Shown: positions 1-11,367 of the stretch, one piece after another | Layout: each line of letters starts with the position of its first letter | Numbering within the stretch: position 1 is the first letter of the stretch | Sequence record: MZ291552.2 | Direction: 5' to 3' (one strand) | DNA length: 64,000 nt | Origin: Escherichia phage vB_EcoM-UFV09 | Translations under genes and position numbers: made by a program | Notes under the pieces: model-generated | Databases searched by the model: none | What the model was told of the DNA's origin: nothing | What the model saw: the letters and a program-made list of their open reading frames with translations, nothing else

Positions 1-1
1 G

Positions 2-961
2 TCTGGTGGATTATCATCAAATGCTGAAGTAACAGCAGGAGATTTGATGGAAGCTTGGGACTTCTTTGCTGACCGTGAATCTGTTGACGTTCAACTGTTT
101 ATTGCGGGTTCTTGTGCTGGTGAATCTTTAGAAACAGCATCTACTGTCCAAAAACACGTCGTTTCAATTGGTGATGCTCGCCAGGATTGCTTAGTATTGT
201 GCTCACCACCGCGTGAAACTGTAGTTGGAATTCCTGTAACCCGTGCTGTTGATAACTTAGTCAATTGGAGAACTGCAGCAGGTTCATACACTGATAATAA
301 CTTTAATATCAGTTCAACCTACGCAGCAATTGATGGCAACTACAAATATCAGTATGACAAATATAATGATGTGAATCGTTGGGTCCCATTAGCAGCTGAT
401 ATTGCTGGATTGTGTGCAAGAACTGATAACGTATCTCAGACTTGGATGTCTCCAGCTGGTTATAATCGTGGCCAGATTCTTAACGTTATTAAACTTGCTA
501 TTGAAACTCGCCAGGCTCAGCGCGACCGTTTATACCAAGAAGCTATCAACCCGGTAACTGGTACAGGTGGTGATGGTTACGTATTGTATGGTGATAAAAC
601 AGCTACTTCTGTTCCTTCTCCATTTGATCGTATTAACGTTCGTCGTCTGTTTAATATGTTGAAAACGAATATCGGACGTAGTTCAAAATATCGTTTGTTC
701 GAATTAAACAATGCGTTTACTCGTTCATCATTCCGCACAGAAACTGCCCAGTACTTACAGGGAATTAAAGCTCTCGGTGGAATTTATGAATATCGTGTAG
801 TTTGCGATACAACAAATAACACTCCGTCAGTAATTGATAGAAATGAGTTTGTTGCAACATTCTACATCCAACCGGCTAGAAGCATTAACTACATTACCTT
901 AAACTTCGTAGCAACTGCTACCGGTGCAGATTTCGATGAGTTAACTGGTCTTGCAGGTTAA
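2..961 (+). CDS. 18: Tail sheath protein, C-terminal part (gene starts upstream of window)
   Basis: Frame is open to the window edge with no stop; sits immediately upstream of a recognisable gp19; T4 order 18-19-20. Confidence 0.75.
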   Translation, partial: SGGLSSNAEVTAGDLMEAWDFFADRESVDVQLFIAGSCAGESLETASTVQKHVVSIGDARQDCLVLCSPPRETVVGIPVTRAVDNLVNWRTAAGSYTDNNFNISSTYAAIDGNYKYQYDKYNDVNRWVPLAADIAGLCARTDNVSQTWMSPAGYNRGQILNVIKLAIETRQAQRDRLYQEAINPVTGTGGDGYVLYGDKTATSVPSPFDRINVRRLFNMLKTNIGRSSKYRLFELNNAFTRSSFRTETAQYLQGIKALGGIYEYRVVCDTTNNTPSVIDRNEFVATFYIQPARSINYITLNFVATATGADFDELTGLAG

Positions 962-977
962 TACAGTGCATTCTAAA

Positions 978-995
978 GGCCTGTTTCGACAGGCC
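978..995 (+). terminator. Stem-loop with UUCG tetraloop after gene 18 stop
   Basis: ggcctgt-ttcg-acaggcc read directly; no strong U tract, so may be a stability or processing hairpin rather than a terminator. Confidence 0.35.
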
Positions 996-996
996 A

Positions 997-1004
997 TATA
1001 AATA
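997..1004 (+). promoter_or_regulatory. T4-type late promoter box TATAAATA
   Basis: Exact TATAAATA upstream of gene 19. Confidence 0.45.
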
Positions 1005-1055
1005 CACTATATCCTTAATTCTTTAATTCTATATGCCCTAGGTTAAACATAGGGA

Positions 1056-1063
1056 TATAAATA
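1056..1063 (+). promoter_or_regulatory. T4-type late promoter box TATAAATA
   Basis: Exact TATAAATA about 15 bp upstream of the gene 19 start codon. Confidence 0.5.
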
Positions 1064-1077
1064 CTACAGAGGCTAAT

Positions 1078-1569
1078 ATGTTTGTAGATGATGTAACACG
1101 AGCGTTTGAATCTGGTGATTTTGCTCGACCTAACTTATTCCAAGTAGAAATTTCTTATCTTGGACAAAATTTTACGTTCCAATGTAAAGCCACTGCTTTA
1201 CCAGCTGGTATTGTAGAAAAAATTCCAGTCGGATTTATGAACCGTAAAATTAACGTGGCAGGCGATCGTACATTCGATGACTGGACTGTTACAGTAATGA
1301 ACGATGAAGCTCATGATGCTCGCCAGAAGTTTGTTGATTGGCAAAGCATTGCCGCAGGACAAGGAAACGAAATTACTGGTGGAAAACCTGCAGAGTATAA
1401 AAAGAGCGCTATTGTTCGCCAATATGCTCGTGACGCTAAAACAGTAACAAAAGAAATTGAAATTAAAGGTCTATGGCCTACTAACGTGGGTGAACTTCAA
1501 TTAGATTGGGATTCAAACAATGAAATCCAAACATTTGAAGTAACTCTTGCTCTCGATTATTGGGAATAA
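1078..1569 (+). CDS. 19: Tail tube protein
   Basis: 163 aa, same length as T4 gp19; N-terminus MFVDDVTRAFESGDF recognised; synteny. Confidence 0.9.
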   Translation: MFVDDVTRAFESGDFARPNLFQVEISYLGQNFTFQCKATALPAGIVEKIPVGFMNRKINVAGDRTFDDWTVTVMNDEAHDARQKFVDWQSIAAGQGNEITGGKPAEYKKSAIVRQYARDAKTVTKEIEIKGLWPTNVGELQLDWDSNNEIQTFEVTLALDYWE

Positions 1570-1601
1570 AATGAATGGGGAGAAATCCCCATCCTGCTTA
1601 A

Positions 1602-3226
<1,625 letters not shown>

Positions 3227-3227
<1 letters not shown>

Positions 3228-3472
3228 TGGAAGGTTTAATTGAAGCTATTAAATCAAACGACCTCGTAGCCGCTCGTAAATTATTTGCTGAAGCCATGGC
3301 TGCAAGAACGACTGATTTAATTAAAGAAGAAAAAATCACTATCGCTCGTAATTTCTTAATCGAGGGTGAAGAACCTGAAGACGAGGATGAAGATGAAGAT
3401 GATGACGAAGATAGCGATGATAAAGACGACAAAAAAGACAAAGACTCTGACGAAGACGAGGATGATGAATAA
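3227..3472 (+). CDS. 67: Prohead core protein with acidic C-terminal tail
   Basis: 81 aa; TAATG overlap with gene 20; Asp/Glu-rich tail; position between genes 20 and 68. Confidence 0.8.
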
Positions 3473-3897
3473 TGATTCTAATCCCTGAAACTCATGAATT
3501 AGTTCTCGAGAATGTCGAAGCACTTATTCCTGAAGCACAGGGTCGCTTTGACGAGTTGTCTTCTGCTTTAAATAAAGACGATATAAATAAAATTATCGAG
3601 AATATGCTTGATGATGAAACTGATTTAGCGGTTGCATTAGCTTCTATTAATGAAAATATGCCGTTAAATGAATTTATCGTTAAACATGTTTCTGCCCGTG
3701 GTGAAATTACTCGCACTAAAGATCGCAAAACCCGCGAACGTAATGCATTTCAAACTACCGGGTTGTCTAAAGCAAAACGTAGACAAATTGCTCGTAAAGC
3801 TACCAAAACGAAGATTGCCAATCCAGCAGGTCAATCTCGTGCTCAGCGTAAGCGTAAAAAAGCTCTCAAACGCCGTAAAGCATTAGGATTAAGCTAA
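3472..3897 (+). CDS. 68: Prohead core protein
   Basis: 141 aa, same as T4 gp68; basic C-terminus; synteny. Confidence 0.8.
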   Translation: MILIPETHELVLENVEALIPEAQGRFDELSSALNKDDINKIIENMLDDETDLAVALASINENMPLNEFIVKHVSARGEITRTKDRKTRERNAFQTTGLSKAKRRQIARKATKTKIANPAGQSRAQRKRKKALKRRKALGLS

Positions 3898-4535
3898 TGA
3901 ATGAACCCCAATTACTAATTGAAACTTGGGGTCAACCTGGCGAAATTATTGATGGCGTACCAATGCTTGAATCCCATGATGGAAAAGACTTAGGTTTAAA
4001 ACCTGGTTTATACATCGAAGGAATATTCATGCAAGCGGAAGTCGTCAATAGAAATAAACGTCTTTATCCAAAACGTATATTAGAAAAAGCGGTAAAAGAC
4101 TATATCAATGAGCAAGTTTTAACTAAACAAGCTCTCGGAGAATTAAATCATCCTCCACGCGCTAATGTTGACCCGATGCAAGCCGCTATCATTATAGAAG
4201 ATATGTGGTGGAAAGGAAATGACGTATACGGACGAGCTCGTGTTATTGAAGGTGACCATGGTCCTGGAGATAAATTAGCAGCTAATATTCGTGCCGGATG
4301 GATTCCAGGAGTTTCTTCTCGTGGATTAGGTTCATTGACTGACACAAATAAAGGTTATCGTATCGTAAACGAAGGATTCAAATTAACTGTAGGTGTTGAT
4401 GCAGTATGGGGTCCAAGTGCTCCAGATGCATGGGTAACTCCTAAGGAAATTACAGAATCACAGACGGCGGAAGCCGATACAAGTGCCGATGACGCCTATA
4501 TGGCTCTCGCAGAGGCCATGAAAAAAGCGTTATAA
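3897..4535 (+). CDS. 21: Prohead core scaffold protease
   Basis: 212 aa, same as T4 gp21; position between 68 and 22. Confidence 0.85.
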   Translation: MNEPQLLIETWGQPGEIIDGVPMLESHDGKDLGLKPGLYIEGIFMQAEVVNRNKRLYPKRILEKAVKDYINEQVLTKQALGELNHPPRANVDPMQAAIIIEDMWWKGNDVYGRARVIEGDHGPGDKLAANIRAGWIPGVSSRGLGSLTDTNKGYRIVNEGFKLTVGVDAVWGPSAPDAWVTPKEITESQTAEADTSADDAYMALAEAMKKAL

Positions 4536-4538
4536 ATA
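4531..4538 (+). promoter_or_regulatory. T4-type late promoter box TATAAATA
   Basis: Exact TATAAATA overlapping the gene 21 stop, about 28 bp upstream of gene 22. Confidence 0.5.
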
Positions 4539-4565
4539 TTATTATCTAAACAACAGGACTACAAA

Positions 4566-5375
4566 ATGCTTAAAGAACAACTGATTGCCGAAGCGCAGAA
4601 AATTGATGCTTCCGTTGCTCTTGATAGTATTTTCGAATCAGTTAATATTTCTCCGGAAGCAAAAGAAACTTTCGGCACTGTATTCGAAGCTACCGTCAAG
4701 CAGCACGCCGTTAAATTAGCTGAATCTCATATCGCTAAAATTGCTGAAAAAGCAGAAGAAGAAGTAGAAAAAAATAAAGAAGAAGCAGAAGAAAAAGCTG
4801 AGAAGAAAATCGCTGAGCAAGCTTCTAAATTCCTTGACCATCTTGCAAAAGAATGGCTCACTGAAAATAAATTAGCAGTAGATAAAGGTATCAAAGCCGA
4901 ACTGTTTGAATCCATGCTTGGTGGATTGAAAGAGCTCTTCGTTGAACACAACGTTGTTGTTCCAGAAGAATCAGTTGATGTTGTAGCTGAAATGGAAGAA
5001 GAACTGCAAGAACATAAAGAAGAATCAGCTCGTCTGTTCGAAGAACTCAATAAGCGTGACGCATATATCAATTATGTGCAGCGTGAAGTGGCATTGAGCG
5101 AAAGTACTAAAGATCTGACTGAGTCTCAAAAAGAAAAAGTCTCTGCTCTGGTCGAAGGTATTGATTATTCAGATGCATTCTCAAGCAAATTGAGTGCCAT
5201 CGTAGAAATGGTGAAGAAATCTAATAAAGATGAAAGCACTATTACTGAGAGTATAAATACTCCTGATACTGAAGCAGCCGGACTGAATTTCGTCACTGAA
5301 GCTGTAGAAGATAAATCTGCGCAAGGTGCAGAAGATATTGTAAGTGTATATGCGAAAGTCGCATCTCGTTTCTAA
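4566..5375 (+). CDS. 22: Major prohead scaffolding core protein
   Basis: 269 aa, same as T4 gp22; Glu/Lys-rich coiled-coil-like composition; synteny. Confidence 0.85.
   Translation: MLKEQLIAEAQKIDASVALDSIFESVNISPEAKETFGTVFEATVKQHAVKLAESHIAKIAEKAEEEVEKNKEEAEEKAEKKIAEQASKFLDHLAKEWLTENKLAVDKGIKAELFESMLGGLKELFVEHNVVVPEESVDVVAEMEEELQEHKEESARLFEELNKRDAYINYVQREVALSESTKDLTESQKEKVSALVEGIDYSDAFSSKLSAIVEMVKKSNKDESTITESINTPDTEAAGLNFVTEAVEDKSAQGAEDIVSVYAKVASRF
5252..5259 (+). promoter_or_regulatory. Candidate late promoter for gene 23, inside the 3' end of gene 22
   Basis: Exact TATAAATA about 135 bp upstream of the gene 23 start. Confidence 0.4.
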
Positions 5376-5393
5376 TTTTAAAGGTTAACACAA

Positions 5394-6959
5394 ATGACTA
5401 TCAAAACTAAAGCTGAACTTTTGAACAAATGGAAGCCATTACTGGAAGGTGAAGGTTTACCGGAAATTGCTAATAGCAAACAAGCGATTATCGCTAAAAT
5501 CTTTGAAAACCAGGAAAAAGATTTCCAGACAGCTCCGGAATATAAAGACGAAAAAATTGCTCAGGCATTCGGTTCTTTCTTAACAGAAGCTGAAATCGGT
5601 GGTGACCACGGTTACAATGCTACCAACATCGCTGCAGGTCAGACTTCTGGCGCAGTAACCCAGATTGGCCCGGCTGTTATGGGTATGGTACGTCGTGCTA
5701 TTCCTAACCTGATTGCTTTCGATATTTGTGGTGTTCAGCCAATGAACAGCCCGACTGGTCAGGTATTCGCACTGCGCGCAGTATATGGTAAAGATCCAAT
5801 CGCTTCCGGCGCTAAAGAAGCATTCCACCCAATGTATGGTCCAGATGCAATGTTCTCTGGTCAGGGTGCTGCTAAGAAATTCGCTGCTTTGAAAGCAAGT
5901 GATACTCTTGAAGTTGGAACTATTTACACCCACTTCTTCCAGGACACTGGTACAGTATATCTGCAAGCTACAGAAGCTAAACAAATTGATTCAGGCGCAT
6001 CTGACGCAGCTAAATTAGATGCTGAAATTAAGAAACAAATGGAAGCAGGTGTACTGGTAGAAATCGCTGAAGGTATGGCTACTTCTATCGCTGAACTTCA
6101 GGAAGGTTTTAACGGTTCTACCGATAACCCATGGAATGAAATGGGCTTCCGTATCGATAAGCAAGTTATCGAAGCTAAATCTCGTCAGCTGAAAGCTGCT
6201 TACTCTATTGAATTAGCACAAGACCTCCGCGCTGTTCACGGTATGGATGCTGATGCTGAACTGTCTGGTATTCTGGCTACAGAAATTATGCTGGAAATCA
6301 ACCGTGAAGTTGTTGATTGGATTAACTACTCCGCTCAGGTTGGTAAATCTGGTATGACCCTGACTCCGGGTTCTAAAGCTGGTGTATTCGACTTCCAGGA
6401 CCCAATCGATATTCGTGGTGCTCGCTGGGCGGGTGAATCCTTTAAAGCTCTGTTGTTCCAGATTGACAAAGAAGCAGTTGAAATTGCTCGTCAGACCGGT
6501 CGTGGTGAAGGTAACTTCATTATTGCTTCCCGTAACGTAGTTAACGTTCTGGCTTCAGTTGATACCGGCATTTCTTATGCTGCACAGGGTCTGGCTACCG
6601 GCTTTAACACTGATACTACCAAGTCAGTATTTGCTGGTGTTCTGGGTGGTAAATACCGTGTATATATCGACCAGTATGCTAAACAGGATTATTTCACTGT
6701 AGGTTATAAAGGTCCGAACGAAATGGATGCTGGTATTTACTACGCTCCATATGTAGCTCTGACTCCACTGCGTGGTTCTGATCCGAAGAACTTCCAACCG
6801 GTAATGGGGTTCAAAACTCGTTACGGTATCGGTATCAACCCATTTGCAGAATCCGCTGCTCAGGCTCCGGCTTCTCGCATTCAGAGTGGTATGCCTTCTA
6901 TCCTGAACAGCCTTGGTAAGAACGCTTACTTCCGCCGTGTATATGTTAAAGGTATCTAA
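5394..6959 (+). CDS. 23: Major capsid protein
   Basis: 521 aa; N-terminus MTIKTKAELLNKWKPLLEGEG recognised as T4 gp23; strong codon bias typical of a highly expressed gene. Confidence 0.95.
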   Translation: MTIKTKAELLNKWKPLLEGEGLPEIANSKQAIIAKIFENQEKDFQTAPEYKDEKIAQAFGSFLTEAEIGGDHGYNATNIAAGQTSGAVTQIGPAVMGMVRRAIPNLIAFDICGVQPMNSPTGQVFALRAVYGKDPIASGAKEAFHPMYGPDAMFSGQGAAKKFAALKASDTLEVGTIYTHFFQDTGTVYLQATEAKQIDSGASDAAKLDAEIKKQMEAGVLVEIAEGMATSIAELQEGFNGSTDNPWNEMGFRIDKQVIEAKSRQLKAAYSIELAQDLRAVHGMDADAELSGILATEIMLEINREVVDWINYSAQVGKSGMTLTPGSKAGVFDFQDPIDIRGARWAGESFKALLFQIDKEAVEIARQTGRGEGNFIIASRNVVNVLASVDTGISYAAQGLATGFNTDTTKSVFAGVLGGKYRVYIDQYAKQDYFTVGYKGPNEMDAGIYYAPYVALTPLRGSDPKNFQPVMGFKTRYGIGINPFAESAAQAPASRIQSGMPSILNSLGKNAYFRRVYVKGI

Positions 6960-6974
6960 TCTTTGACGATTTAA

Positions 6975-7005
6975 GGGACCTTCGGGTCCCTTTAGTTGTT
7001 TTTAT
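6975..7005 (+). terminator. Rho-independent terminator after gene 23
   Basis: gggacc-ttcg-ggtccc hairpin followed by a T-rich tract. Confidence 0.7.
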
Positions 7006-7007
7006 GG

Positions 7008-7015
7008 TATAAATA
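7008..7015 (+). promoter_or_regulatory. T4-type late promoter box TATAAATA
   Basis: Exact TATAAATA about 28 bp upstream of gene 24. Confidence 0.5.
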
Positions 7016-7042
7016 AATCATATAAACTGAAAGGAAAGCGCA

Positions 7043-8326
7043 ATGGCTAAAATCAACGAACTTCTGCGCGAATCAACCACAACGAATAGCAACTCAATCG
7101 GTCGCCCAAATCTCGTTGCTTTGACTCGCGCTACCACTAAATTAATATATTCTGACATTGTAGCAACGCAAAGAACTAATCAACCTGTTGCTGCTTTTTA
7201 TGGTATCAAATACCTTAACCCAGACAACGAATTTACATTTAAAACTGGTGCTACTTATGCTGGCGAAGCTGGATATGTAGACCGAGAACAAATCACAGAA
7301 TTAACAGAAGAGTCTAAATTAACTCTCAATAAAGGCGATTTATTCAAATATAATAATATCGTTTATAAAGTATTAGAAGATACACCATTTGCTGATATTG
7401 AAGAAAGTGATTTAGAATTAGCTCTTCAGATTGCAATTGTTCTTTTAAAGGTTCGTCTATTTTCTGACGCAGCGTCAACAAGCAAATTTGAAAGCTCTGA
7501 TAGTGAAATTGCGGATGCTAGATTCCAGATTAATAAATGGCAAACCGCAGTTAAATCTCGCAAACTTAAAACTGGTATCACAGTTGAATTAGCACAAGAT
7601 TTAGAAGCAAACGGATTCGATGCTCCTAATTTCTTAGAAGATTTGCTTGCAACCGAAATGGCAGATGAAATCAATAAAGATATTCTGCAGTCTTTGATTA
7701 CAGTATCAAAACGTTATAAAGTTACAGGAATTACTGATACTGGATTCATTGATTTGAGTTATGCATCTGCACCTGAAGCTGGTCGTTCATTATACCGAAT
7801 GGTATGCGAAATGGTTTCACATATCCAGAAAGAATCAACTTATACTGCAACGTTCTGTGTTGCTTCAGCTCGTGCTGCTGCGATTCTTGCTGCATCAGGT
7901 TGGTTAAAACATAAACCAGAAGATGATAAATATCTTTCACAAAATGCCTATGGGTTCTTAGCTAATGGTTTGCCGCTTTATTGCGATACTAACAGCCCAT
8001 TAGATTATGTAATCGTTGGCGTAGTAGAAAATATCGGTGAAAAAGAAATTGTTGGATCAATTTTCTATGCTCCATATACAGAAGGTCTCGACTTAGATGA
8101 CCCTGAACATGTAGGTGCATTTAAAGTTGTGGTTGATCCAGAAAGCTTACAACCGTCTATCGGTTTATTAGTTAGATATGCTTTATCTGCAAATCCTTAC
8201 ACCGTAGCAAAAGATGAAAAAGAAGCAAGAGTAATTGATGGTGGAGACATGGATAAAATGGCGGGTCGTTCAGATTTGTCTGTTTTATTAGGTGTTAAGC
8301 TACCGAAAATTATCATTGATGAATAA
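7043..8326 (+). CDS. 24: Capsid vertex protein
   Basis: 427 aa, same as T4 gp24; follows gene 23. Confidence 0.9.
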   Translation: MAKINELLRESTTTNSNSIGRPNLVALTRATTKLIYSDIVATQRTNQPVAAFYGIKYLNPDNEFTFKTGATYAGEAGYVDREQITELTEESKLTLNKGDLFKYNNIVYKVLEDTPFADIEESDLELALQIAIVLLKVRLFSDAASTSKFESSDSEIADARFQINKWQTAVKSRKLKTGITVELAQDLEANGFDAPNFLEDLLATEMADEINKDILQSLITVSKRYKVTGITDTGFIDLSYASAPEAGRSLYRMVCEMVSHIQKESTYTATFCVASARAAAILAASGWLKHKPEDDKYLSQNAYGFLANGLPLYCDTNSPLDYVIVGVVENIGEKEIVGSIFYAPYTEGLDLDDPEHVGAFKVVVDPESLQPSIGLLVRYALSANPYTVAKDEKEARVIDGGDMDKMAGRSDLSVLLGVKLPKIIIDE

Positions 8327-8332
8327 AACAAA

Positions 8333-8357
8333 GGGACCGAAAGGTCCCTTTTTATTT
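8333..8357. terminator. Bidirectional hairpin terminator between convergent genes 24 and rnlB
   Basis: gggacc-gaaa-ggtccc flanked by A tract on one side and T tract on the other. Confidence 0.65.
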
Positions 8358-9360
8358 AGCTCACCAACTCAATCCAAGCCGGACGAAGTACATCTTGTAC
8401 CATTTTAACTAATTCCTTTTTAACCAAAGAAGGATTATCCGCTTGAGTTAGAGTAATACCTTCACGAGAAGTTTCTTCCAAAATATCTTGAACAGTTAAT
8501 CCCATCACCTTTCCAAAATCTTTTGGACCAATTTCGCCAATTTTGGAAATAACGTTATTTACTCGGTTCAATGTAACATAACAAGCTAAAATTCCAACCA
8601 ATTTATTATCAGCTTCTGACAATTCAACTTTAGCTTTAATAGGCTTATCAGACTTTTTCTTTTCACTAAATTTAGAGTTCTTGCATTTGATGGCCACACG
8701 ATTGCGATTAGGCAGCCAAGAAGGATAACAAGGTTTCAATACATATCCTTCAGCAGTAAATACTTCGCCTTTTGCTTCGGCATTCCAAACGCATTTATTT
8801 GCATCAACTAATCCAGCATGGTCTACTGTAAAATTATAATCTTGGACGACAGAATCTAAATCATTTGGCAATTTAATAAGCTCTTCAAATTTACCGCGAC
8901 CTAAAAGTGGAGCCATTTTAAATTTAAATGTATTACAGAATGATTCCATCATATAATCATCGACATAAGTCACATCACCACTTTCTGTAGTGACAATAAT
9001 GTCAAATACATAAAAATCTTTATCACCATAATCAACATTCTTCTGAATGCCAGGACCAGCGAATTCGCCAAATACCTGATAAGTCACAACAGCTGAAGTT
9101 TCCATAATATCTTGTACTGCTTTAATGGAATCAGCGTAATTCTTTAGAATAATTTCATACCCAAAGAAATCTTCAGCAGGAAGAATCGGTCCAGTACGTT
9201 TAGCGCAAGTTAATTTATCACGCTCAATAATCAATGAGAAATTTGTGCCGTGAATCTTTTCACGAGCTACCCATTCGCCGCCAGTCAATCCCAAGCTATA
9301 AAGTTTTTCAATAAATTTAGAGTTGTAATGATTTTCAAGACTGCTATACTTTTTAAACAT
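8356..9360 (-). CDS. rnlB: RNA ligase 2
   Basis: 334 aa, same as T4 Rnl2; nucleotidyltransferase motif I KIHGTN present; synteny after gene 24. Confidence 0.85.
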   Translation of the reverse strand: MFKKYSSLENHYNSKFIEKLYSLGLTGGEWVAREKIHGTNFSLIIERDKLTCAKRTGPILPAEDFFGYEIILKNYADSIKAVQDIMETSAVVTYQVFGEFAGPGIQKNVDYGDKDFYVFDIIVTTESGDVTYVDDYMMESFCNTFKFKMAPLLGRGKFEELIKLPNDLDSVVQDYNFTVDHAGLVDANKCVWNAEAKGEVFTAEGYVLKPCYPSWLPNRNRVAIKCKNSKFSEKKKSDKPIKAKVELSEADNKLVGILACYVTLNRVNNVISKIGEIGPKDFGKVMGLTVQDILEETSREGITLTQADNPSLVKKELVKMVQDVLRPAWIELVS

Positions 9361-9369
9361 AATTAATCC

Positions 9370-9648
9370 TCAAAATGTAATTTCTAACCAATCACCATCA
9401 CGCTGATCACTATTGACTTTAAAATTAAATCCTTCTTTTCTCAACCAATCACCAATTTCTTCAGTAATCAATTTATCGCGAGCAGTACAATAATAACTAA
9501 AATATGTTTTACCTTGTTCAGCTGCTTTATTAGCAAGTTCTGAAAAATCTTTAATAAAGCACTCTAGCTTAAACTGTTTGCTTTTTAATGCTTTTTCGCG
9601 TAATTGATTAGCAAAAGATTCATTTTCATAAAGATCATACTGTTCCAT
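9370..9648 (-). CDS. Hypothetical protein (T4 24.2 position)
   Basis: 92-aa ORF in a packed operon; no motif recognised. Confidence 0.6.
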   Translation of the reverse strand: MEQYDLYENESFANQLREKALKSKQFKLECFIKDFSELANKAAEQGKTYFSYYCTARDKLITEEIGDWLRKEGFNFKVNSDQRDGDWLEITF

Positions 9649-9850
9649 TTTTCACCTTTTTATTGATATGTCTTTTTCTATAGACAACTTTTTCTCGAGT
9701 TTCAAATTTATTCTTAGCAGTCATAGCTCGAGCCCATAATACAGCCACTTCTTTTGCCTGTAAGTTCAATTCACGAGCAATTTCAATGAATGACTTTCCA
9801 GACTCATGAAGAGTAAACACCACAACCTCAGTTCTCATAATCAATCTCAT
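9635..9850 (-). CDS. Hypothetical small protein with possible helix-turn-helix (T4 24.3 position)
   Basis: 71-aa ORF; segment SFIEIARELNLQAKEVA looks like an HTH (inference only). Confidence 0.5.
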   Translation of the reverse strand: MRLIMRTEVVVFTLHESGKSFIEIARELNLQAKEVAVLWARAMTAKNKFETREKVVYRKRHINKKVKNGTV

Positions 9851-9904
9851 GTTATTGAGTTGGTGCCATTATATACATCGTTTTCTGATTGTGTTTTGTG
9901 TGCT

Positions 9905-9938
9905 TTCAAAATGAAGAAAGGGGCCGAAGCCCCTTACG
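9905..9938 (-). terminator. Rho-independent terminator downstream of hoc
   Basis: ggggc-cgaa-gcccc hairpin; on the minus strand it is followed by a U-rich tract. Confidence 0.6.
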
Positions 9939-9939
9939 A

Positions 9940-11358
9940 TTATGGATAGGTATAGATGATACCAGTTTCTAAAGCTGTTTTGTGAATGATGTATCCATTA
10001 CGCGATTCTTGGACATCAACTTCTGGATAGTCTTTCATCATCTTCTGAAGCGTATAACGATGCAAGTAGTACTTACTATCTGGGTCGTCAGTTTTCCAAT
10101 CTTTACCTTCTTCAGTCATTTTTTGGATTTCATCCATAACCCACCAACCGCACCAGATATAAGCTGAAGTACGGTGCGGAAGAGGATGAACATAAGGCAA
10201 TTCACCTTCTGGTTCTGGAGCAACTTTATCAGTCACTTGAACTTGACCTGTTGTTTTAACTGTTTTGCTATCATAATCAGTTGCTGTAACGACAGCAGTA
10301 ACTTCAATAGTTTGACTTCCAACAGATGAGGTATCGACAGTATATACGTTAGTTGACCCTTCTACAGGAGAAGAATCTTTCTTCCACGAGTAAGTAATTT
10401 GTGCTTCTTCTGGAGCATCCGTAACATTAGCAGTAAATGTAGCCGAAGCATCTTGCTGAACGTTAATAGAAGGAGGAGTCAATGTAACCTGTGGATTCAT
10501 TGTCTTCTTATTAACTGTCAATGATACTTCATTAGAAGTAACTTCCTTTTCATTGTAATTTTCTGCTGTTACTTGGGCTACGCATTTAATTCTTTTTACT
10601 CCACTTGTAGTTGGAGTATAGCTAAATGTAGAGTTAGTTTCTCCACCAACTTGTGAATCATCTACATACCATTTATATGTAGCAGACGCTCCATCAGGTT
10701 GAGAAGCTAAGGCAGCAGTAAATTGAACTGGGGTTCCAATTACTCCAGCTGAAGGACTAGCAGGAGTTACTGCCAATGTAGTTGTCTGTGTCTTTTTATT
10801 AACAGTCAGTGATACTTCATTCGAAGTAACGGTTTTTTCATCATAATTTGTCGCGGTTACTTGAGCTACACACTTGATTTTTTTAACTCCGCTTGCGGCA
10901 GGAGTGTAATTGAATGTAGCAGAAGTCGCTTCGTCTACAGGAGAACTGTCAACGTACCATTGATACGTAGCAGATGCACCTGATGGCTGCGAAGCTAAAG
11001 CAGCGGTAAATTTAACAGCTGTTCCAATTACTCCTGCTGGAGGACTATTGGGAGTTACGGCTAAGGTAGTCGTCTGAGTTTTGTTTTTGACTGTGATAGT
11101 TGTAGTAGCTTCTGCTGTTTCAGCTTCAGATTCTGGAACTGTATTTGTTGCAACAACTTTAATAGTCTTTTAACCAGCAGGACCTTTTAATACATAATCA
11201 AAAGTTGCTTCAGACCCATCTTGTGGAGCATTATCTACACTCCAAGCATAAGTAATAGTTCCACCTCCAGTTTCACCACTGGGTGCAGCAGTAAACTGCT
11301 TGGTTTCATCAATAACTCCTGACGGTGCTTTAGGAGTTATATCAACTGTAAAAGCCAT
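9940..11358 (-). pseudogene. hoc: Highly immunogenic outer capsid protein Hoc, interrupted by one in-frame TAA (plus 11170-11172); about 472 codons if read through
   Basis: N-terminal piece MAFTVDITPKAPSGVIDETKQF...LKGPAG then TAA; the same frame continues KTIKVVATN... with no further stop to 9940 (hand translation); Ig-like repeats and C-terminal capsid-binding region recognised. Confidence 0.8.
10500..11080 (-). repeat. Tandem duplicated Ig-like domain coding units inside hoc (two units of about 290 bp)
   Basis: The two DNA units align with frequent substitutions; encoded peptides LAVTPNSPPAGVIGTAVKFTAALASQPSGASATYQWYVD and LAVTPASPSAGVIGTPVQFTAALASQPDGASATYKWYVD. Confidence 0.7.
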
Positions 11359-11367
11359 AAGTTATCC

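Noticed and set aside
4727-5984. Antisense ORFs (114 and 134 aa) within genes 22 and 23
   Set aside because: They are embedded antisense in highly expressed structural genes with strong codon bias on the other strand.
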